Below are positions 1 through 6,784 of a stretch of 9,446 nucleotides of DNA, piece after piece (the stretch's first letter is position 1; every line of letters begins with the position of its first letter). The notes under the pieces were generated by a model. The model had not been told where the DNA came from. It made no database searches and worked only from the letters and a program-made list of their open reading frames with translations. Both the position numbers and the translations under genes were made by a program. This DNA is from Candidatus Iainarchaeum sp. (GTDB lineage: Archaea; Iainarchaeota; Iainarchaeia; Iainarchaeales; 0-14-0-20-30-16): NCBI GenBank assembly GCA_903916665.1, contig CAIWXP010000164.1:1-9446 (forward strand). Direction: 5' to 3'.

Positions 1-669
1 ATAAAATCTTCTTTAAGAACACAGGATGCAAAATTATATAATATTTATCAGTTATCTAAATTTTTTAATAGCTCTGTTGTTGATGGTATAAGAAAAAGAA
101 TTGATGATTTTGTAACATTACAATTGGATTTTAAATTAGAAGATATTGATCAATGTAGCGATAGATTAACATTACTTTTTGATTATATTAGAGAAATAAC
201 TTGTAAAAATAGTGAACAAGAAAAAATGAAAGAAAAAATGATTGATAATATTGAAGAAATGGTTGTTTTATTTAAAGAAGTTGTTCATCAAGTTAATAAT
301 AAAATGTCAAAATACGAATGGATTAATTTATTGTTATTATATGCGGTTATTTTGTTTTGTCTATTTTTTAATAATACCAATTCAGTTCTATCAATAATAA
401 TTATTTCTATATTATCCATATCAATCACTATGTTTTTATTTATTTTAAAAGAATTAGATTCTTTGCAATGGGATGAACAAACTTGGATTTGGGATCCACT
501 ATCTGTTTTATTTAGGGATTTAGATTTATTACCCTATATTCCAGAAGATGTTTTAGTACAAAATAGAGTTAATTTAGAAGAATTATCTATTAAAGAAATT
601 AGGATTGCACATTATAAGCACAGGTATCCTGATTTTAGAGATAAAACAATTGAGATAAAACGATTTTAG
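1..669 (+). CDS. Hypothetical membrane protein, 5'-truncated by the window edge
   Basis: Frame 1 has no stop in the 41 codons from base 1 up to the TTG at 124 that the ORF track uses as a start. The gene therefore most likely begins upstream of the window. TAG stop at 667-669. Two adjacent hydrophobic helices (LLLLYAVILFCLFF, SVLSIIIISILSISITMFLFIL) sit between charged soluble segments. No family recognised. Confidence 0.55.
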   Translation: MKSSLRTQDAKLYNIYQLSKFFNSSVVDGIRKRIDDFVTLQLDFKLEDIDQCSDRLTLLFDYIREITCKNSEQEKMKEKMIDNIEEMVVLFKEVVHQVNNKMSKYEWINLLLLYAVILFCLFFNNTNSVLSIIIISILSISITMFLFILKELDSLQWDEQTWIWDPLSVLFRDLDLLPYIPEDVLVQNRVNLEELSIKEIRIAHYKHRYPDFRDKTIEIKRF

Positions 670-677
670 GTGCTATT

Positions 678-1181
678 GTGAAAGAAAAAGAAATTTTTTA
701 TTTTGGCTATGGTGCAAATGCATTTTCAGACATGATGAATGCAATTATTGGTAGAAGACCAAAAGGATATCCTACAAAATTAGAGAATTATGCATTATAT
801 GTTCAACAATGGAACGAAATTCCTCAAAAAGCACAAAATGCATTAAAATCTTGGGGTCCTGAATTTAGTTCCTATATTGCAGTTCCATTAAAAGGGGCTT
901 ATTTATGGGGTACTTGTTGGTCTGTTACTCAAGCAGAAAGAGATATTGTTGGAGATTGGGAATATCATCATATATGGTATACTCCAATTAAAGTTAAAGT
1001 ATTAAATAAAGCAGGAAAAAAGGTTCTTGCGCAAACAGAAATGATTCCAAAGTATACTCCTAAGGGTCAAAAGCCAATAACTTCAAAGAGATATAAAGCA
1101 TTTGTTGCAAACAAAGCTAAAATGTTAAGGGTTGCAGTAAAATCAAGAAAAGAATATTTTGCTCGTCTTAAAAAACAATAG
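678..1181 (+). CDS. Gamma-glutamylcyclotransferase / AIG2-like family protein with a Lys/Arg-rich C-terminal tail
   Basis: N-terminal IFYFGYGANAFSDMM matches the YFAYGSN(M/L) signature that opens the GGCT/AIG2-like fold. An acidic residue sits in the expected mid-protein position (GDWEYHH). GTG start lies 9 nt after an AGGTG SD that overlaps the upstream TAG stop, which suggests translational coupling. TAG stop at 1179-1181. Confidence 0.65.
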   Translation: MKEKEIFYFGYGANAFSDMMNAIIGRRPKGYPTKLENYALYVQQWNEIPQKAQNALKSWGPEFSSYIAVPLKGAYLWGTCWSVTQAERDIVGDWEYHHIWYTPIKVKVLNKAGKKVLAQTEMIPKYTPKGQKPITSKRYKAFVANKAKMLRVAVKSRKEYFARLKKQ

Positions 1182-1191
1182 ATCTAATTCG

Positions 1192-1238
1192 AGGCCTTTC
1201 TTTTAGCAAAAGAAAGTACACCGTCTGTTTCAAGAAAA
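1192..1238. repeat. 47-nt direct repeat, copy 1, containing the 9-bp hairpin CTTTCTTTT-AGC-AAAAGAAAG
   Basis: Hand alignment with 1438-1484 gives 42/47 identical positions. The stem is perfectly conserved and one of the differences falls in the loop. Confidence 0.85.
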
Positions 1239-1290
1239 TAAGTATGTTTCGCTTTGCTTAAGCATACAGTTTTCAAAAATATCAAATAAA

Positions 1291-1301
1291 TTTTATAATT
1301 A
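1291..1301 (-). promoter_or_regulatory. Candidate TATA box (minus strand reads TAATTATAAAA) for the orphan copy of the repeat module
   Basis: AT-rich box about 25 nt upstream (minus orientation) of a TGTAT motif. The same motif sits at the equivalent position in the second module. Confidence 0.3.
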
Positions 1302-1364
1302 GTCGGCTATGCTGATTGATATTTTTGATTATTTGTGGGTGTAACCACTTACTTTGAAAAGGAA

Positions 1365-1435
1365 AGTGGGATGAGGGAGTTGAACCCCCTTGCATCGCTC
1401 TGCAGGCGAGCGCATGACCGTTCTGCCAACCCCAC
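1365..1435 (-). tRNA. tRNA-Cys (anticodon GCA), no encoded CCA
   Basis: Minus-strand fold by hand: acceptor GTGGGGT/ATCCCAC (7 bp, one G-U). D arm GCAG/ATGC with a 13:22 mismatch. Anticodon stem CTCGC/GCGAT, loop CTGCAGA (U33, GCA, G37). 4-nt variable region. T arm GGGGG-TTCAACT-CCCTC. Discriminator U73, the classical tRNA-Cys identity base. The segment is much more GC-rich than its surroundings. Confidence 0.85.
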
Positions 1436-1437
1436 CA

Positions 1438-1484
1438 AGGCCTTTCTTTTAGAAAAAGAAAGTACACTGTCTGTCCAAAGAAAA
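1438..1484. repeat. 47-nt direct repeat, copy 2, containing the hairpin CTTTCTTTT-AGA-AAAAGAAAG; lies 2 nt from the tRNA-Cys 5' end
   Basis: 42/47 identity to 1192-1238. Lies 246 bp from copy 1 in the same orientation. Confidence 0.85.
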
Positions 1485-1564
1485 CCCGTACTACACAAGG
1501 TAGTACTATTATCTTTTCATAGAAAAGATTGTTTCGCTGTTTTAATACAAACTTTAAAATTAGC

Positions 1565-1575
1565 TTATATAATTA
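1565..1575 (-). promoter_or_regulatory. Candidate TATA box (minus strand reads TAATTATATAA) driving the leader plus tRNA-Cys transcript
   Basis: Paralogous to the box at 1291-1301. About 25 nt upstream of the conserved TGTAT and AGCGAAACA motifs on the minus strand. Confidence 0.3.
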
Positions 1576-1595
1576 TTGAGGATTAAGGTTTAAAA

Positions 1596-1653
1596 AGGAA
1601 TTGTTAAATAAAAATAAAAAAGAAAAAAAGGAAAGGAGGAGAGAAAGTCTCCT
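1596..1653 (-). terminator. Intrinsic-type terminator after the 732-aa surface protein gene
   Basis: On the minus strand, hairpin AGGAGA-CTTTC-TCTCCT lies 12 nt after the TAG stop. It is followed by CCTTTCCTTTTTTTCTTTTTTATTTTTATTT. Confidence 0.6.
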
Positions 1654-1665
1654 TTACTATAAATT

Positions 1666-3864
1666 CTATTGAACTTCAGATACAGCAGGTTTTCTTAATG
1701 CAAAGTATAATACTAATAGTACTATGATTATTGCACCTAAAACAACACTTATTGTTCCACCCATACCTAAATTAAATAATCCAGTCTTTAAAAAACTTGA
1801 GTCTTTTGTATATGCAATATAATAGGTGTTTGAATTATCATTTGCACTTACAATTATTGAACCAGTTGTATCTTCTTGAGAATCTAATTTAAATTTAACT
1901 AGAATATCTCTTGTTTCGTTAGGTCCCATATTGAATTTAACTTGACCAATAGCATTGTCTGCATTGTCGTATAAAACAACATTTGCATCTTTTATTGGAA
2001 AGTTATTTGGATTATTCACTTTTAATTTAACACTAGAATCCCCAGAGAATATAACTGTTGTTGGTGCATCAATTAATACTAATGCATTAGCTAATGTTGT
2101 ATCGGGAGTTACTGCTAAATATATTGTGTAATAGGTTGTTGAAACATCTGATGCAACTTCTAAAGCTGCTTTTATTGTTCTTGGAGTGTCAGAATTTACA
2201 GTGTATTGTAAATTAACTATTCTTTTTTGATTTGGATCTAATATTACACTAACTGGTTTTGAAGTTATTGCAGTATCACCCATTAATTTTAAAGTTACTT
2301 TTGCTTTAAAACCATAGATGTTTTCCAAAACAATTGGTAAGTTAGTTGATTGTCCAGAAACACTTGTTAATTTACTTGGATAAGTATTTACAAATGATGC
2401 GTTTCCAACTTCTGAATTACTTGTGTAATAAATTATTTTTTCAGAATCTTTTCCATTAATTGTTGTAATTAATTTATAACTTTTATTTCCTATTGTTTTT
2501 GGATATATTTCTGCGTAAACAGTTTTTATACTTCCTGAACCAATGGTTATTTCTTTATCAGATAATATAATTGGATCATTATTGTTTACTGGAACAATAG
2601 ATAAATCTGCAGTTACTTCTGAGCTTGTATTATTTTGAATATTTATTGTTTGTATTCCTTTTAATCCAACAGGTATATCAATTGAACTTGCATCTACATA
2701 TAGGTTATTTCTTGTAACATTAATTGTTATACTTTTTGTAAATGTTGCATAGGGTGTAGTTGCAGTTAAAGTGATTGTTTTTATTCCATTGCTTGTTGAA
2801 TCTGAAGTTAAAACATTGAAGGTTCCAGAAAATCTAGCCTGTGATCCTACAGCAACAGTACTGTTTGGTATTCCAACAGCAACACTTTGATCATCAGTAG
2901 AGCCTGAGAAAGTTACAATCATACTATTATCTGAGTTATTGTAAAAATCAAATGCTAAACTTAATTTATCATTATTTTTCATTGTAGTTGTTTGTTGAGT
3001 AATGTAAAATGAATTTTGTGTTATTTCACAATTTTCAACAGATACTGTTAATGTTTTTTTGAAATGTTTTAAATTGCTTGTATCATAGATATGATTTTCA
3101 TATAATTCTTGGTCTAATATTAAATCATATTCACCAACGGGGGCTTGTTTCCCAAATAATATTTGAACATTTTCACTGCTATCTGATTGAACAGTTATAG
3201 TATCTGATTTTACACTAGGCCAAAGATCATCGTTTGCTTTTACTTTAGGTTTAATATAATATCTATGTGAACTATCATTTGTAAAAATTAAATTTCTTAC
3301 AACTGGATAATCTGCACCATAACATATTACATCATTATCTAAACTAACATCGAAATCGTCGTAATTATCTACACTTAATGTAATGGTTTTTGTTTCAGAA
3401 CCTAAGTCTGTTACATTATCATTTGAATCTCTGTAGAACTTTACAACATCAAATTGAATATTATAATAATCATCACTTGATACATTATGACTATATAATT
3501 TAAAACTTAATGTTTCTGTACTATTTGGTTCAACAGTTATTTCTCTTGATTTATGATCAGCAGTAATGTAATCTGTGTAATCTTGGTCTGATTCATCAAA
3601 TTGTATATTAACGCTACCTGCTACGTCACCGGTGTTCTTTATTGTGAACTTAATGGTAACATTATCATTTTCACCAATATAATAATCTGATTGATCAACA
3701 GTTACATCTAAAACTGGTTTATTAGTAGTACAGGGTATAAATAAACAAGGATTAACTCCTAGTCCAATTCCTGGTTGTAGTGGTATATATGCACTAACGC
3801 TATTAATTGCAAAGAACATTGCAAACACTGCAAATGCAATTGCTAATATTTTTAAAGAATTCAT
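1666..3864 (-). CDS. Large secreted surface protein: signal peptide, about six beta-sandwich (CARDB/Ig-like) modules, C-terminal TM anchor
   Basis: N-terminal signal MNSLKILAIAFAVFAMFFAINSVSA. Roughly 100-aa periodic Thr/Ser/Asn/Val-rich beta-strand segments, for example VTIKFTIKNTGDVAGSVNIQF, which is CARDB-like. About 13 N-x-S/T sequons by my count. C-terminal helix ISVVLGAIIIVLLVLYFAL followed by RKPAVSEVQ. GGAGGAG SD lies 7 nt before the ATG. TAG stop. Confidence 0.8.
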   Translation of the reverse strand: MNSLKILAIAFAVFAMFFAINSVSAYIPLQPGIGLGVNPCLFIPCTTNKPVLDVTVDQSDYYIGENDNVTIKFTIKNTGDVAGSVNIQFDESDQDYTDYITADHKSREITVEPNSTETLSFKLYSHNVSSDDYYNIQFDVVKFYRDSNDNVTDLGSETKTITLSVDNYDDFDVSLDNDVICYGADYPVVRNLIFTNDSSHRYYIKPKVKANDDLWPSVKSDTITVQSDSSENVQILFGKQAPVGEYDLILDQELYENHIYDTSNLKHFKKTLTVSVENCEITQNSFYITQQTTTMKNNDKLSLAFDFYNNSDNSMIVTFSGSTDDQSVAVGIPNSTVAVGSQARFSGTFNVLTSDSTSNGIKTITLTATTPYATFTKSITINVTRNNLYVDASSIDIPVGLKGIQTINIQNNTSSEVTADLSIVPVNNNDPIILSDKEITIGSGSIKTVYAEIYPKTIGNKSYKLITTINGKDSEKIIYYTSNSEVGNASFVNTYPSKLTSVSGQSTNLPIVLENIYGFKAKVTLKLMGDTAITSKPVSVILDPNQKRIVNLQYTVNSDTPRTIKAALEVASDVSTTYYTIYLAVTPDTTLANALVLIDAPTTVIFSGDSSVKLKVNNPNNFPIKDANVVLYDNADNAIGQVKFNMGPNETRDILVKFKLDSQEDTTGSIIVSANDNSNTYYIAYTKDSSFLKTGLFNLGMGGTISVVLGAIIIVLLVLYFALRKPAVSEVQ

Positions 3865-3884
3865 TTTCTCTCCTCCGAATAAAA

Positions 3885-4439
3885 TTATTTTTTAACTATG
3901 AAATTTCCTAATCTACCAATAAACATGGTAAAAAGAACAATTGATATTACAAAAAGTAATACATCTAAAACTATTAATGCAGTTTTAGAATTTGTTTCTG
4001 CTAAATTAAAAAATGCTGTAATATTATTTGGTTTATCAAATACAGGCATTTTATCTTTTTCTAAATTTATTGGTATGGTTAAAGATTTTGTACCATAGCT
4101 TAATACATATTCTATTTTGTTTGAATCAATATTATTATAATTGATTTTTATAGGAATTGTAATTGTTTTATTTGAATCAAATAATATTCCAATTTTAGTT
4201 ACATTAATATCAAATGATTCCTGTATGCCCTTCAATTTTAAAATTGCAGGATAGGTTGTTGCTGTTAAATTTGTTAATGTTAAATTAACTTCTATGGTTT
4301 GTGTTAGTAAAGGATAATTTATACCAATGCTATAATTGATATCTTTATTTACATTTGTATTGACATCTGTAGCCAATGCGCTTACGCAAAATAAAGAAAA
4401 CAAAAATGCCAATCCCAATATAATTATCTTTTTACTCAT
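3885..4439 (-). CDS. Small secreted surface protein with signal peptide and C-terminal TM anchor
   Basis: Signal peptide MSKKIIILGLAFLFSLFCVSALA. A single Asn/Thr/Ile-rich beta-type domain with about 6 sequons. C-terminal helix ALIVLDVLLFVISIVLFTMFIG followed by RLGNFIVKK. Lies 20 nt upstream of the 732-aa gene, so the two are probably co-transcribed. Confidence 0.7.
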   Translation of the reverse strand: MSKKIIILGLAFLFSLFCVSALATDVNTNVNKDINYSIGINYPLLTQTIEVNLTLTNLTATTYPAILKLKGIQESFDINVTKIGILFDSNKTITIPIKINYNNIDSNKIEYVLSYGTKSLTIPINLEKDKMPVFDKPNNITAFFNLAETNSKTALIVLDVLLFVISIVLFTMFIGRLGNFIVKK

Positions 4440-4461
4440 AGAATAAATCTGATGCGATATG

Positions 4462-4469
4462 TTTATAAA
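4462..4469 (-). promoter_or_regulatory. Candidate TATA box (TTTATAAA) for the surface-protein operon, implying a leaderless mRNA
   Basis: Centred about 26 nt upstream of the ATG at 4439. No SD-like sequence lies between them. Confidence 0.35.
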
Positions 4470-4503
4470 TGTTACTTCTTTGAGTTAAGTCCTAAATATA
4501 GCC

Positions 4504-5430
4504 CTATAATTTATTTGCCCTTATAGATTTAACAAAGAAGAATCCCACTATGCCAAAGGTAGCTAAGGGGCTCAACCAGGCAGGAATATGATATCCGAAG
4601 GCATCTGAGATCATAATTATTCCTAGAACCAGAATAGAATACATTGCCCCATTCTTTAGAAATTTGTATTTTTTGATATTATCTATGTTTCTTACTGACA
4701 ATTCTCTTACAACAAAGGCTCCTAAACCATTACCTAGAATAATTAAAGGAACTGCCAATGTGAAGGCAAAAGCACCAATAACTCCATCAATTGAGAAAGT
4801 AGCGTCAATTACTTCCAAAAATAAAATTTTACTAATATCCGACATTCCTTCCTTCATTAGGTTTCTTTCTTGATGCTCTGCGTTTTGTTTAAATCCATGA
4901 ACAATAAAAAACGCAGTTGACCCAACCACTGCTCCAAAAGCAATCATTGGATTTAATTTTAAAGCAAACCATACAATAATTGCTAAAATTGTTGAAACTA
5001 TTGCAAAAAACCAAACACTTTTAGATTCAATAAATCTTTCGCCCTTTAAACCATAGTTTTTAGTTTCTAAAAATAACCAATGGAAGAATAAAAATACTAA
5101 AAATATTCCCCCTCCAATTAACAATATTGGTGCGCTGCTTTCAATTGCTGTTGCAACTTTAGGATCTGCACTAAATGTTGCTGTTAATGCACCAAAGAAT
5201 CCTAAACTAGGATTACTAACCCAAACAATAACCCAAGGCAATAGACCTCTAACTACAAAAACTGCAAATAATAATCCCCAAAGCAAAAACCATTTTCTTG
5301 CTCTTTTAGTCATTGTTGCTAAAATATCTGCATTGATAATTGCATTATCTATGCTAGAAATAGTTTCAAATAAACACAAACCTATAACAGTAATAATTAT
5401 TGCAAAAATGTCCATAATATCACACAACAT
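4504..5430 (-). CDS. TerC/DUF475-like polytopic integral membrane protein
   Basis: N-terminal helix followed by ETISSIDNAIINADIL, which resembles the E-x-S-x-S-x-DN-A-hydrophobic-x-N motif of the TerC/DUF475 group. About 8-9 hydrophobic helices. The ATG at 5430 overlaps the upstream TGA (ATGTTGTGTGA). An alternative ATG at 5415 would leave a 4-nt gap. TAG stop. Confidence 0.6.
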   Translation of the reverse strand: MLCDIMDIFAIIITVIGLCLFETISSIDNAIINADILATMTKRARKWFLLWGLLFAVFVVRGLLPWVIVWVSNPSLGFFGALTATFSADPKVATAIESSAPILLIGGGIFLVFLFFHWLFLETKNYGLKGERFIESKSVWFFAIVSTILAIIVWFALKLNPMIAFGAVVGSTAFFIVHGFKQNAEHQERNLMKEGMSDISKILFLEVIDATFSIDGVIGAFAFTLAVPLIILGNGLGAFVVRELSVRNIDNIKKYKFLKNGAMYSILVLGIIMISDAFGYHIPAWLSPLATFGIVGFFFVKSIRANKL

Positions 5431-6163
5431 TTAAAACTAATTTCATTATCCACATTAATAGAATTCCTAAAATAATAAATAAAAATTGTAAACTTGATTT
5501 ACTTAATCTTTTTTCTTTATGTAATTCTGGGAAAATATCTGTTCCAGCCATATATATGAAACCACCTGCTATAATGGGCATAATATATATTATTATTGAA
5601 TTAACATAGGTTGCAAAAACATAGGTTAAAATCGCACCCAAAATAGAAAAAATTGCGCTTAAGAAATTATAAAATAATGCTTTTGTTTTTGTTAATCCTG
5701 AGCTAATTAATATTGCAAAATTTCCTAATTCGTGAGGTATTTCATGCATAACAATTGCAATTGTTGTTGTTATTCCTAAATCAACACTAATTAGAAATGC
5801 AGCAGAAATTGCAACACCATCCATAAAATTATGAACACCATCACCAAAAAGATTTAGGTAGGCAACAGGATGTATTTTACAATGTTCATCATGACAATGT
5901 CTCCAATGTAAGACCTTTTCAATAACAAAAAACAAAACAATTCCTAAAATAACAATTAAAAAAGGAGTTAGTCCAGAAAGGGTTCCCACAGACTCAGGTA
6001 AAATATGAAGGAACGCGCTACCAATCATAGATCCTGCGGCAAAACTTACTAATAAATGAATTAGGCTATGTAATGTTTTATCTTTTAAACTAATTAGGAC
6101 TAATCCTAATAAAGATAATAAACTAACAAAGATTACTGCTAACAAAATCCAAAGAAAAATCAT
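5420..6163 (-). CDS. zupT: ZIP-family (ZupT/GufA-like) divalent metal permease
   Basis: Diagnostic ZIP motifs HNFMDGVAI and HEIPHELGNFAIL. 247 aa with about 8 TM helices. The loop after TM3 is His/Cys-rich (HWRHCHDEHCKIH). Confidence 0.85.
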   Translation of the reverse strand: MIFLWILLAVIFVSLLSLLGLVLISLKDKTLHSLIHLLVSFAAGSMIGSAFLHILPESVGTLSGLTPFLIVILGIVLFFVIEKVLHWRHCHDEHCKIHPVAYLNLFGDGVHNFMDGVAISAAFLISVDLGITTTIAIVMHEIPHELGNFAILISSGLTKTKALFYNFLSAIFSILGAILTYVFATYVNSIIIYIMPIIAGGFIYMAGTDIFPELHKEKRLSKSSLQFLFIILGILLMWIMKLVLNVV

Positions 6164-6187
6164 TCTATCACGTTTAAATCAATCTAA

Positions 6188-6197
6188 TTTTTAATAA
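6188..6197 (-). promoter_or_regulatory. Candidate TATA box (minus strand reads TTATTAAAAA) for the ZIP operon
   Basis: Centred about 29 nt upstream of the ATG at 6163. No SD sequence, which fits a leaderless transcript. Confidence 0.3.
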
Positions 6198-6260
6198 TAC
6201 TTAATATACTAATTAGTAAATAATTATATAAACATAAGAATATAAATCTCTTTGTTCTAC

Positions 6261-6279
6261 ATTATATACAATCTAAATA
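6261..6279 (+). promoter_or_regulatory. Candidate promoter region for mscL (ATTATATA and TCTAAATA boxes)
   Basis: TCTAAATA at 6272-6279 is centred about 28 nt before the ATG at 6304. ATTATATA at 6261-6268 is an alternative that would give a short leader containing AGGGG. Confidence 0.3.
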
Positions 6280-6303
6280 GGAATATTAGGGGTTGTGTTT
6301 TTT

Positions 6304-6759
6304 ATGGGCTTTTTAAAAGAGTTTAAAGAGTTTGCAATGAAAGGTAATGCTATTGATTTAGCAGTTGGTATTGTAATTGGTGCAGCGTTTGGGAAAATTG
6401 TTAGTTCTCTAGTTGATGATATTATTATGCCTCCAATTGGTTTGTTGTTAGGCAATACTGATTTTACACAATTGTATATTAATTTGTCAAGTACAAATTA
6501 TGCAACTTTAGAGGCTGCAAAAGCAGCAGGCGCACCTGTAATTAGATATGGAATTTTCGTTAATACAATCTTAAATTTCATGATAATTGCTTTGGCTATA
6601 TTTCTTGTTATTCGAGCAATGAATCGATTATCTAAGAAGGCGGAAGAAAATAGTCAAAAGCTAAAACAAAAAGCTGAAGAAGTAAAACAAAAAGCAGAGA
6701 AATTTAAAGAAACTCTTAGAAAAGAATTACCTATAAAATTAAAATCAAAAACAAAATAA
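6304..6759 (+). CDS. mscL: Large-conductance mechanosensitive channel MscL with an extended Lys/Glu-rich C-terminal tail
   Basis: [50 protein letters not shown] is near-colinear with the conserved MscL N-terminus and TM1, as in E. coli [51 protein letters not shown] prefer the ATG at 6304 to the track's GTG at 6295 because it aligns with the family N-terminus. Confidence 0.9.
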   Translation: MGFLKEFKEFAMKGNAIDLAVGIVIGAAFGKIVSSLVDDIIMPPIGLLLGNTDFTQLYINLSSTNYATLEAAKAAGAPVIRYGIFVNTILNFMIIALAIFLVIRAMNRLSKKAEENSQKLKQKAEEVKQKAEKFKETLRKELPIKLKSKTK

Positions 6760-6784
6760 AAAATAAAGAGATAGGTGAAAAAAA

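Noticed and set aside
124-126. TTG at 124 as the true start of the first ORF
   Set aside because: The frame stays open back to base 1 and no SD precedes 124. The gene is more likely truncated by the window.
1300-1364. Possible C/D-box sRNA between tRNA-Cys and the orphan module (GCTGATTGA...TTGATTA)
   Set aside because: There is no proper C box (RUGAUGA) and no correctly spaced CUGA D box on either strand.
1192-1484. The 47-nt direct repeats considered as attL/attR of an element integrated at the tRNA
   Set aside because: The repeats enclose only 246 bp with no integrase or cargo. The duplicated sequence lies outside the tRNA body rather than covering its 3' half. Homology also extends beyond the 47 nt to the TATA-like box and AGCGAAACA motif, which fits duplication of a module better than site-specific integration.
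1282-1586. Track ORFs 1282-1467 (-) and 1335-1586 (+)
   Set aside because: Both overlap the tRNA-Cys gene and the hairpin-rich non-coding modules. Neither has an SD or TATA context, and the products look like translated RNA-gene sequence.
3898-4873. Antisense ORFs 3898-4098 (+) and 4664-4873 (+); also 6273-6455 (-) opposite mscL
   Set aside because: They are short, lie fully inside well-supported genes on the opposite strand, and have no translation signals.
6295-6303. GTG at 6295 as the mscL start
   Set aside because: The ATG at 6304 aligns exactly with the conserved MscL N-terminus. The AGGGG motif is only 2 nt from the GTG.
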